Source: a phage
DNA: 34,803 nt
Direction: 5' to 3' (one strand)
NCBI GenBank assembly: GCA_021149145.1
Contig: GCA_021149145.1_4322.1
Shown here: piece after piece, positions 22,824-31,017 of the stretch
Numbering within the stretch: the first letter of the stretch is position 1
How the letters are laid out: each line of letters opens with the position of its first letter
The notes under the pieces: model-generated
Database searches by the model: none
What the model was told of the DNA's origin: nothing
The model's input: the letters and a program-made list of their open reading frames with translations, nothing else
Program-made: the position numbers and the translations under genes

Positions 22824-24533
22824 TCAATCCTCCATCGTAAATGATTTGTTGGCGATAATATCTTGAGACTTCTGGTTTTTACGGTGTGTGATTCTCAATG
22901 GGGCACGGAATAGATGTGCATTTGTCATAATCATTCTAGCATTACGCAATCTGCCAATTCTGAATGCCTCATTCCTGTTATCGATGTGTGTTGAGCAGAA
23001 AGCCTTCCATTTAACAGAGCAAACGCGATGGTCTGATTCAGGGAAGAATGTTTCATAAGCTCGGAATCTGTCACCACTGTGAGCCATAACCTCATATGAA
23101 GCAATAATCCCTGACTGGTTCTTTGTTAACCCAATCTTGAAGTCATAAACTCGCAACCAGTCCCCCTTACGATACATTTTTCCTGATAACTTAGCATTCG
23201 GGTCTATGAGCATCTCACCACAGCATCTGCAATTCTTAGCTGCAATATCATTCTTCTCACCGCATCCTTTCTTGATGATAGCTTTGGTCTGTGGGTCCGC
23301 CATATCTTCACACAGTATAAACTGAAAGAAGTGCTCGCAACGCTTACCGTCAATTACATTATTACAACGCCGTGCGAACGGAGAGTTCTCATAAGAACAT
23401 GCCGGGCATACCCTAGGTTCATCACCTCCTTTCCTTGATGACTTAAACTTCTGGTCCTGAACTTCTTCTATAATTGGGTCAAAGTAAAGCTCTGCCATAT
23501 CGTCAAGCGTTCCGGCGAAATCGAGAACAACATGGTCTTCTTTTACCATCCCTGAATCCTTGTGTTTTTTCTTAAGAATTCGCATACCACGACCAAGCAA
23601 CTGAATGAGTAGAGTAATGCTACCAACCTTCCTCAGGATAATGCTTGTATCCCACGGGGGGCAGTTTACGCCAGTTGTGAGGCAACCAATCTGAAATATG
23701 AACTTATATTCTCCGTTGGCTGCCTTCTCAAGTATCTCTCTACGCTTCTTCTCACCAGTGGAGTTGGTAACTATCGCCCAAGTAACACCTTCTGGAAGTG
23801 CGGCTGCCGCCTCCTCGCAATGCCGTTTGCCAGCGCAAGTTACCAATGCAGCATTCCTTGTTTCCATAAACTTAGCAGCAAATCTCATTATCTTTTGTGT
23901 CATCGTTTGGTTTTCGTGAATCTTTGCAGCCATCGCATCCATTTCTTTCTTGCTGAAGTCCTTAACCCCATCACTTCCATCAGGAGTGAACTCACTAAGG
24001 TCGTAGCCCAAATCACCAACTTCACCGTAGACAGTAGGAACAACGAACCCCAAGTCAACAAGGTAGCTGGTTGGCACTTGCATTACAGTTTTGCGCCAGA
24101 ATCCACGGACATTTGGGTTACTAACTACAATGTGGTCGTTGTTACGGTACGGGCTACCAGTTAACCCAAAGATACGAAGTTCGCGACCGTACTTCTCCCT
24201 GCATCGACGCTTCATTTCGGTAATGATTAACGTGTATTGCGCGCGACCAGTGCCAAGAAGCCCGGTATTCACACCATCCTTAAAGACCATCTCACCATTC
24301 TTCGTGCTCATCTGCTCGAATGTTTCCTCATTCTCTTCAGCTTCTACGATATCCATATGGTCCACCATGTGGCAATTATGTGCCACGACCCCGTCAGCAA
24401 TGAAATTATGGTGCTCAGGCATCTCTATATCCCAAACAAGTTCCTTGCCAATTGGTGAGATGTCTTTAATTTTGCTTGATTTTGTATTCCACGCCATTTT
24501 CCATGTGCTTACTAATTCTCTTAAAAAACTCAT
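22824..24533 (-). CDS. intein C-terminal splicing segment plus helicase C-extein (SF2 motifs III-VI, Zn ribbons)
   Basis: Residues 31-53 (ELVWDIEMPEHHNFIADGVVAHN) are intein blocks F/G, followed by Cys54-HMVD. Later motifs are GLTGSP, LTTGVN, QLLGRGMR and the CxxC clusters CPACS...CNNV, CGEK...CRCCGE. The frame is closed upstream by a stop at 24552-24554. Confidence 0.75.
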   Translation of the reverse strand: MSFLRELVSTWKMAWNTKSSKIKDISPIGKELVWDIEMPEHHNFIADGVVAHNCHMVDHMDIVEAEENEETFEQMSTKNGEMVFKDGVNTGLLGTGRAQYTLIITEMKRRCREKYGRELRIFGLTGSPYRNNDHIVVSNPNVRGFWRKTVMQVPTSYLVDLGFVVPTVYGEVGDLGYDLSEFTPDGSDGVKDFSKKEMDAMAAKIHENQTMTQKIMRFAAKFMETRNAALVTCAGKRHCEEAAAALPEGVTWAIVTNSTGEKKRREILEKAANGEYKFIFQIGCLTTGVNCPPWDTSIILRKVGSITLLIQLLGRGMRILKKKHKDSGMVKEDHVVLDFAGTLDDMAELYFDPIIEEVQDQKFKSSRKGGDEPRVCPACSYENSPFARRCNNVIDGKRCEHFFQFILCEDMADPQTKAIIKKGCGEKNDIAAKNCRCCGEMLIDPNAKLSGKMYRKGDWLRVYDFKIGLTKNQSGIIASYEVMAHSGDRFRAYETFFPESDHRVCSVKWKAFCSTHIDNRNEAFRIGRLRNARMIMTNAHLFRAPLRITHRKNQKSQDIIANKSFTMED

Positions 24534-25514
24534 CTTGTGCCGACCTCGTTGTTATTGATACTGAGTAAAGCTCTCTCTTTTTCTTGCCGCCAATATAGCT
24601 TCTAACCTTAACTCCGTCATTAGCAATAAATGCTATTAGCGCATCAACTACTGATTGAACTTCACTCCTGCTAAATGATTCGGTGTGGATTTCTACAACC
24701 CTCTTCCCTGAGCTTACAGTGCAATGACCATCATCACCAAAGTAAGCAGCCCAACCAACTGGATCAAGCTCTCTGCATATCTTTCCAATATCGTAACCAT
24801 CCTTAGAATTTCCGTACTTATCAGCATATGAATCCAGAACTTTCGTACATGATGTTGATACGCAAAACCAGTTGTCGCCAAATCCAGGGTTTTTCTTCTC
24901 CCTGTATCTAGGGTTTAGTTTTGCAAACCTTTCAACCTTGCTTAGTGCGTGCTCCTTATTTCCAATATTCCAAGATAGCCTATGCGTTCCTTTTTCTGTA
25001 TTTTTAATCAAGCAACCATCACCAGCCATTGCCGCAAGAATGTTTTGATGTAAAAAGTCATCAACCTCCATTGATGGGTTGACGGTTGAATTATGATGCC
25101 CCGTTCTGTAATCCAAATAGAAATCGAAAGGGTTCTTAAGAAGTACGCCTAACCCCTTGCTTGAATGCGGCATAACTTTTTCACCACAGCCACACTTGCA
25201 CGCAGGAGCTTTTTCGTAAATTTGTCCTGCGAGCCGTCTAGCGACAGATTCATCCCAATACGAAGTTTTCCCGCTCCTACCCAGCAGCCGTTCGAATAAA
25301 GTTTGTGTGTACTCGTGCATTTTATTTCCTCTCCGCTTTCTAATTTAATTGATGATACATGTCTTACACCATTAGTAAAAACTCTTTTTGGCTTATGATA
25401 GAAGTAATCACCAGTGCTTTCGTTTATGCATTTTATTTTATGATTGATAAGGTCTTCGCTATCAATCCTCATCATCCCTGAATCGGTGGTTATCATCGTG
25501 TCTCCAGTTAAGCA
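24375..25514 (-). mobile_element. intein element in helicase motif II (1140 nt = 380 codons)
   Basis: Bounded by AIDE|CLTGDTMI (Cys codon 25514-25512) and VVAHN|CH (Cys codon 24374-24372). The two exteins are in the same frame. Confidence 0.8.
24466..25320 (-). CDS. double-motif LAGLIDADG homing endonuclease, separate ORF nested in the intein
   Basis: Carries LAAMAGDGCL and AAYFGDDGHC and ends ...VEYKIKQN. It has its own ATG 7 nt after GGAGAGGA. Its frame differs from both intein halves, and it is closed upstream by a stop at 25345-25347. Confidence 0.75.
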   Translation of the reverse strand: MHEYTQTLFERLLGRSGKTSYWDESVARRLAGQIYEKAPACKCGCGEKVMPHSSKGLGVLLKNPFDFYLDYRTGHHNSTVNPSMEVDDFLHQNILAAMAGDGCLIKNTEKGTHRLSWNIGNKEHALSKVERFAKLNPRYREKKNPGFGDNWFCVSTSCTKVLDSYADKYGNSKDGYDIGKICRELDPVGWAAYFGDDGHCTVSSGKRVVEIHTESFSRSEVQSVVDALIAFIANDGVKVRSYIGGKKKRELYSVSITTRSAQDEFFKRISKHMENGVEYKIKQN

Positions 25515-25958
25515 CTCATCTATCGCGATAACAGCAGGAGCATAGTCACCAAGCCCCTTAAACAAGCCGTTAGCAGCCGTTCCCTCACTAGCCACTATGG
25601 TTGGATAGTAAACTGATTTAACGTTAAGGCCAGCGCAATAGACGCTATTACGGATGCCGAAATTACGAAGTTCCTCTGCGTTCTGGCTGACAATCTCTGA
25701 CTGGCGAGATAGGACCATGTAAGGAAGGCCAAGCTGTTCCATTCGTTTCCCAATCATGGCGAGAATAATCGTCTTGCCAGCCGAAACCGATAGGTCTGCT
25801 ATGAATGGCGCTTCGTACTTGCCAATAGCCTTTCCGATTGCGTCAAATGTCACGCACTGGAATGGGTATGGTGTGATTTCTCCGAACTGATAATCATTTT
25901 GAATCTGCTTGATTTTATCTTGGTCAAAGTTTGCTACTAAGCGTTCTACTGGAAGCAT
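25149..25958 (-). CDS. helicase N-extein (motifs I-II) plus intein N-terminal splicing segment
   Basis: Walker A DLSVSAGKT, then AIDE followed at residue 149 by block A CLTGDTMI and block B CTSTHKL. It stops after 121 intein residues. Confidence 0.75.
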   Translation of the reverse strand: MLPVERLVANFDQDKIKQIQNDYQFGEITPYPFQCVTFDAIGKAIGKYEAPFIADLSVSAGKTIILAMIGKRMEQLGLPYMVLSRQSEIVSQNAEELRNFGIRNSVYCAGLNVKSVYYPTIVASEGTAANGLFKGLGDYAPAVIAIDECLTGDTMITTDSGMMRIDSEDLINHKIKCINESTGDYFYHKPKRVFTNGVRHVSSIKLESGEEIKCTSTHKLYSNGCWVGAGKLRIGMNLSLDGSQDKFTKKLLRASVAVVKKLCRIQARG

Positions 25959-26044
25959 TTTAAATATCCTGATAGTTCTTTAGTTCGTTGCATTGATGTA
26001 TAATAACAGCCATAGAACCCATTGTTTAACAAAAAGTGCTATTG
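25959..26044 (-). promoter_or_regulatory. promoter-leader cassette copy (helicase operon) in a divergent region
   Basis: Minus strand reads AATAGCACTTTTTGTTAAACAA, 16 nt, TATTAT, then ACATCAATGCAACGAAC... and the ATG. The box ends 10 nt before the ATG of the divergent HTH gene. Confidence 0.55.
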
Positions 26045-26054
26045 AGGTAATGAG

Positions 26055-26528
26055 ATGTGTAAAATTGACAAGCGAACTATTAACGGCAATAACGGGACCG
26101 TCCGCACGCAAGACAAGAAGCAACGCAAGCGACCTTCAGGCTACTACGTATTGAAAGATGAAGTAAAGGCTGGTCTACGCGCGCGTCTGGAAATGATTCT
26201 TGATTTCTACGGCACGAAAGCCAATATCGCCAAGCAGTTAAATGTATCTCACCAGACTGTAGAGCAATGGTTTAATCGCGGGATGATTTCGGCTCGAGGG
26301 GCTCAGAGAGCGCATAATGCGTACAAGCGAAATAAGGAAGGGTTCCGAGCTACATTCTGCCGACCAGACCTGCAATTCGACGGTAACGGAAAGCCGCTAA
26401 CACTTCGATGCAAGAAACGCCATATGCTTCGCGTAGTTACCGAGGCAGAACTAGCAATAAAACCACCCTGTCGACCGTGGCGCAAGAATAAGATTGCTAA
26501 CGAAGCAGCACGAAAAGCTAAAGGGTAA
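26055..26528 (+). CDS. HTH DNA-binding protein (Cro/YdaS-like), basic
   Basis: Contains GTKANIAKQLNVSHQTVEQWFNRGMIS. The N- and C-terminal regions are Arg/Lys-rich. Confidence 0.6.
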   Translation: MCKIDKRTINGNNGTVRTQDKKQRKRPSGYYVLKDEVKAGLRARLEMILDFYGTKANIAKQLNVSHQTVEQWFNRGMISARGAQRAHNAYKRNKEGFRATFCRPDLQFDGNGKPLTLRCKKRHMLRVVTEAELAIKPPCRPWRKNKIANEAARKAKG

Positions 26529-26579
26529 GTGATTGGATGTGCCATAATAGGCACATCCTTTTTTATTGGAGAGAAGAAA

Positions 26580-27059
26580 ATGAACTGGCATGATTATTTT
26601 TACTATGTAGATGGCAAATTGCATTGGAAGATTAGCACTGCAAGACGTGTTAAGGTTGGCGATGAGTGCAACTCACTATCTACATCTGGCTATTACAAAG
26701 TGTCTGTTAATGGCTTTAGGACTTATGTACATAGAGTTGTGTGGGAGATGTTTAATGGATAACTTCAAAATGGCGACTACATTGATCATATAAACCATAA
26801 CAAATTAGATAACAGAATAGAAAACCTAAGAGTAACAACAAATCAAGGTAACTCAAGAAATTGCAAGCTTAGCGTTTTATCAACAACTGGTTATTGTGGA
26901 GTGGCAAAGCTAAATCACGGAAAATTTAAGGCTCACATCACGGTTGACGGCAAGCAGCTACACCTTGGTAACTTCGATACTCCAGAACGGGCGTATAAAG
27001 TAAGAATTGAAGCAGAGAGAAAATACAACTTTCACGAAAATAACGGGTTAAGCAAATGA
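26580..27059 (+). pseudogene. HNH (HNH_3-type) plus AP2-domain homing endonuclease with an in-frame TAA at 26760-26762
   Basis: The ATG follows GGAGAGAAG. Translation is MNWHDYFYYVDGKLHWK...HRVVWEMFNG-TAA-LQNGDYIDHINHNKLDNRIENLRVTTNQGN...GVAKLNHGKFKAHITVDGKQLHLGNFDTPERAY, all in one frame. The stop overlaps the primase ATG (ATGA). Confidence 0.65.
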
Positions 27060-27979
27060 ATTACGATAAGAATGAAGTTATACCTAAGATGGCCGGATTG
27101 TGGAAATCATTTTATGTAAAGGAACTTGGTTGGAATGATAGACACATAAGTAAGAAGCACGGACCATGCCCATGCTGCTTTGGCACTGACAGATTCAGAT
27201 TTACCGACGAAATAGGCAGTGAAAAAGGAAATGGCGCGGCAGTTTGTTCGAAATGCGGAAGTGACTCCGGTATAGGATGGGTCATGAAGTGCACCGGATT
27301 GTCCTTCGCCGATTCAGTAAATTTGCTTGGTGACTGGCTGAACTTAACACCAATTGAGGTTATAGTTAAAGCAAACAAGCAAGCCTCGAGAACTAAGCGT
27401 TACAAAATGGGCGCTCAAGTCGACCATGAGAAAGTCCTGGAGGTTATGGAGAGAACTAAGAGAGTGGAATCGAGTCCACTCACGACATACGAGGGTATTT
27501 ATGACGCGTTTGGTTTTGATGTTGGTATAGCTAAAAATGGTTCAATGATTCACGCAATCCCTTGTTCGATGGTTTATGAAGATGGGCTTAGTGATGAGTT
27601 CTGTAACGTAATGTTTATCGATGAGGATTCAAATGTTAAGTTCCTTGCTGGTGATTACACTCGTGATTCTGTTTCCGTTATTGGTTCTAAGCAGGATGAT
27701 AGTTATACTTATGTTGTTGACAATTATATTGATGGCATGCGTGTTCACCTTGCTACTGGTGGGCGCGAAGTGTTTGTTGCTTTCTCCTGTTACAATATGG
27801 AGATGGTTATCCACCGCGACAAGTCAAGGAAGTTCAGAATTGCTTGCCGTGATTCTGATAGCGATATACTCGCCGTTGCTGACGATAGGGGTGTTGATGT
27901 TGTAGTTCCTAATGACGGTGAGTCATTTAAAACAGGCATACGAAAGAAAGTGTACAAAGCAAACGACTTGCTAAACTAG
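27056..27979 (+). CDS. DNA primase (primase-helicase-type zinc ribbon N-domain)
   Basis: Contains HGPCPCCFGTDRFRFTD...CSKCG and sits in the replication gene neighbourhood. Confidence 0.65.
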   Translation: MNYDKNEVIPKMAGLWKSFYVKELGWNDRHISKKHGPCPCCFGTDRFRFTDEIGSEKGNGAAVCSKCGSDSGIGWVMKCTGLSFADSVNLLGDWLNLTPIEVIVKANKQASRTKRYKMGAQVDHEKVLEVMERTKRVESSPLTTYEGIYDAFGFDVGIAKNGSMIHAIPCSMVYEDGLSDEFCNVMFIDEDSNVKFLAGDYTRDSVSVIGSKQDDSYTYVVDNYIDGMRVHLATGGREVFVAFSCYNMEMVIHRDKSRKFRIACRDSDSDILAVADDRGVDVVVPNDGESFKTGIRKKVYKANDLLN

Positions 27980-28000
27980 CCTCCTTCGGGAGGTTTTTTA
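27979..28000 (+). terminator. rho-independent terminator
   Basis: CCTCC-TTCG-GGAGG followed by TTTTTT, immediately after the primase stop. Confidence 0.75.
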
Positions 28001-28026
28001 TTGCCTGAAAGATGGTAGAATGAATT

Positions 28027-28046
28027 TTGGCAATTAGTGCTACTTT
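28027..28046. promoter_or_regulatory. palindromic box copy in reverse orientation, in the tailspike 5' region
   Basis: TTTGGCAATTAGTGCTACTT lies 19 nt upstream of the tailspike ATG. Read on the minus strand it matches AGTAGCACTAATTGCCAAA, but no minus-strand gene follows. TGGTAGAAT (extended -10) lies upstream on the plus strand. Confidence 0.45.
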
Positions 28047-28064
28047 ACAAATGGAGACTTTACA

Positions 28065-30518
28065 ATGGCAATTTATGACTTAGGAACAGCATCGCTAGCC
28101 TCAAATGGCGAGGTTACTGGCGTAGGTACTACATGGAAAGCACCTCTTACACTGATTCGTGTAGGTGCTACTATCATTTTCAAAACCAGCCCTCTGAAAA
28201 TTTACACCATCTCTGAAATCATCAGCGATACTCAGGTTAATGTTTATAATCCAAGTTCTGAAACTGTTCCCGCTGGTACTGGTTACGCAATTCTTGCTCA
28301 TGATGGAATTACTGTTCAGGGGTTGGCGCAGGATGTTGCGGAAACATTGCGTTACTACCAGTCAAAAGAGACTTCTATTGAAAGTCTACTGCAATTTATT
28401 GGTCAAGATACTTTTGATTGGCCTCGTCTTGAACAACTGGCAACTCAGTCAACTACCGGAGCTGCCGAGGCGCTTGCTAGTCAGATCTCTGCCGCTGAGA
28501 GTGCCTCTACAGCGGTAGGTGCTAGCAATAACGCACAAAATTCATATAACAGGACGGTTGCAGCAATAAATGCGGCTGGAAATACAGCGGCTGTTGCTTA
28601 CTTTGCTGATCACGGAATAGGTAGCACGACAACGCCATTTCTTACCTCTTTAGATTGGCAAACAATGCAATTTTGTTCCGGAGGTCGTTATCAGTGCACA
28701 CTTAGGGATATGTTAAACACCCCAAAAGAAATTAGTTCAATGTTTCCGGTTTCAACAACTCCTATTTGTATTGATGTTATTGCAACTAGGGGTGTTAATT
28801 CGGCTAGTGTATTAAGGTTATCTCCGTCTACTGGGTCAAACTCAAATTTTAGGATTGCAGATGTCACAATTTCTGGTGCGACTGGATCTAGGGTTTTTTA
28901 TGTAAGGGAAGCACTAAGCTTGCCTGGCGGTGATGCTGCAACTGGTGGAGCAAGCGCGTCAAGGGTTAGGGGGTTGCTTGATGTTTACTCAAAGGGTGAG
29001 GTGTTATCAATTTTAAATACAGATTCAAAAAAAAGCACATCAAGCTATGGCGGCTCAATATCTTCAGCAATAGAAACCGCTGGCGATGGCGGGTCGGTAG
29101 TTATAGGCCCGGGAACTTATGAGAGTAATAACTACTCCTTTGCTGGCAGGAACATATCAGGCTCTGGATATAATACCGTAATAAGTGTTAAACCTTTTGA
29201 AACCGGACTCACATCAACGCTATCGGTTCCGCACTGGAGGCAAAAGCATTTATCGGATTTGCAGTTTACAGGTACTGCAATACAAGGTAATAACGGCTTT
29301 CAATTCCCGGATGACCCTTATGCTGGAAGGGTTGTATTGGATAGGCTTTACTTCAATGACCTGGATGTTGGTATAAGGAAAAATGCTGGCAACATTGGAA
29401 ATACCTACAGAAACGTAAGTGTTAGAAATGCGAATTACGGGTATAGAGCAAAAGCTCATGACAAAATGCATATAGGATCGGACACTTTATACGGATACCA
29501 CTCAGATACAATCTCTCAATATTCAGTAATGCTAGATGCGACAAGCACAAGTAGCGCAACGAACCATGGCGCTGGAGGAATTGGTGGGTGGTGGATTAGG
29601 GATTCAATAATGGAGGACTCTGCTGGCGGCGGTATAAGGTTAAAGAATAAACCTGGAGATTGCCCAACATCACCTTGCGGATTGTCTAACGTATGGTTTG
29701 AAGCGATAGCAACTGGGGGAGCAGTTAACGTAGGTGAGGGAGCTGAACTCCCAAGGGTTTTGAAGCTCATCGATACGTCCGTTTTCTTTGCTGAGCATTC
29801 TTATATTAATAACATTGAGTTATCAAATTCAAACCTTGTAACTTATGGGTGCAGGTTTGATAACGCTGATGGGCGCCAAAGTTTCTCTCTTGATTCGAAC
29901 AGTATTATTTTTGCTAAGGATGCATACCTGAATGGATCTTCAACATCAAACGTTATAGTTGAGTCGCTGGTATCACAGACAGCCAAGATAACGGGTACAT
30001 CTGACTTATCTGTTAGAGGATATGTTACTAAAGGTCGAGTTTTTAATCCAGATTCCGGAACTGTTTTAGTCAGGAGGCCTTTTGGTACTGGTGGGAGCAA
30101 CTTTGGTGGAACAGCGTCGGCAAGTGAAGGTCCTGATACAAGGGGTATACACTCGCTATCATCTGGATACTACGAATTGCTTGGTGCGGCTCAGTACGAA
30201 TTGATAAATGGTGCCTTTAATATAACCGCTGGCAAATGGTATGTTTGGGGTATCTCTGCAAACAGAATTCAAGGTGGTGCTGATGGTGTTATCCGTATTT
30301 TTGGTAGAGCATCTTTAGGGCAGGTATTCACTGAGGGCGGTAAGTGGGTTCACACATTTGGAGTTGCTCAGGCTTCAGTCTCTGGCACTGCAAACCTGCA
30401 TATCAACCTTAATGGGCTACCTGGTATGGCATTAAGTCTTGCTGATTACTTCGTTGTAGAGTTCGATAACCAAAGAGACGCTTTAATATTTGCCAACTCA
30501 AGGATGGCGCTTCAATAA
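28065..30518 (+). CDS. tailspike / tail fibre with a probable parallel beta-helix (depolymerase-like) domain
   Basis: 817 aa. It has an N-terminal domain of about 110 aa (MAIYDLGTASLASNGEVTG...AILAHDGITVQGLAQDVAETLRYYQ), an Ala-rich linker, and Gly/Asn/Ser-rich repeats (GSVVIGPGTYESNNY, NISGSGYNTVIS) typical of pectate-lyase-fold spikes. Confidence 0.6.
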   Translation: MAIYDLGTASLASNGEVTGVGTTWKAPLTLIRVGATIIFKTSPLKIYTISEIISDTQVNVYNPSSETVPAGTGYAILAHDGITVQGLAQDVAETLRYYQSKETSIESLLQFIGQDTFDWPRLEQLATQSTTGAAEALASQISAAESASTAVGASNNAQNSYNRTVAAINAAGNTAAVAYFADHGIGSTTTPFLTSLDWQTMQFCSGGRYQCTLRDMLNTPKEISSMFPVSTTPICIDVIATRGVNSASVLRLSPSTGSNSNFRIADVTISGATGSRVFYVREALSLPGGDAATGGASASRVRGLLDVYSKGEVLSILNTDSKKSTSSYGGSISSAIETAGDGGSVVIGPGTYESNNYSFAGRNISGSGYNTVISVKPFETGLTSTLSVPHWRQKHLSDLQFTGTAIQGNNGFQFPDDPYAGRVVLDRLYFNDLDVGIRKNAGNIGNTYRNVSVRNANYGYRAKAHDKMHIGSDTLYGYHSDTISQYSVMLDATSTSSATNHGAGGIGGWWIRDSIMEDSAGGGIRLKNKPGDCPTSPCGLSNVWFEAIATGGAVNVGEGAELPRVLKLIDTSVFFAEHSYINNIELSNSNLVTYGCRFDNADGRQSFSLDSNSIIFAKDAYLNGSSTSNVIVESLVSQTAKITGTSDLSVRGYVTKGRVFNPDSGTVLVRRPFGTGGSNFGGTASASEGPDTRGIHSLSSGYYELLGAAQYELINGAFNITAGKWYVWGISANRIQGGADGVIRIFGRASLGQVFTEGGKWVHTFGVAQASVSGTANLHINLNGLPGMALSLADYFVVEFDNQRDALIFANSRMALQ

Positions 30519-30546
30519 AAAAAGCCCCGAAAGGGGCTTTATCTTT
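30519..30546. terminator. bidirectional terminator between the tailspike and SSB
   Basis: AAAAAA-GCCCC-GAAA-GGGGC-TTTATCTTTT. Confidence 0.7.
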
Positions 30547-30548
30547 TA

Positions 30549-30977
<429 letters not shown>

Positions 30978-31017
30978 TTTATTTCTCTCTTAATGCTGTG
31001 GCCGAAGCCCCGTTAAA

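Noticed and set aside
23698-24558. Plus-strand ORFs of 73-155 aa within the helicase/intein region
   Set aside because: They are antisense to a gene with unambiguous helicase and intein motifs. No plus-strand expression signals are present.
30978-31017. Possible terminator or hairpin (GGC-TTCG-GCC) between Erf and SSB
   Set aside because: The stem is only 3 bp and has no U-tract. The two genes are more likely co-transcribed.
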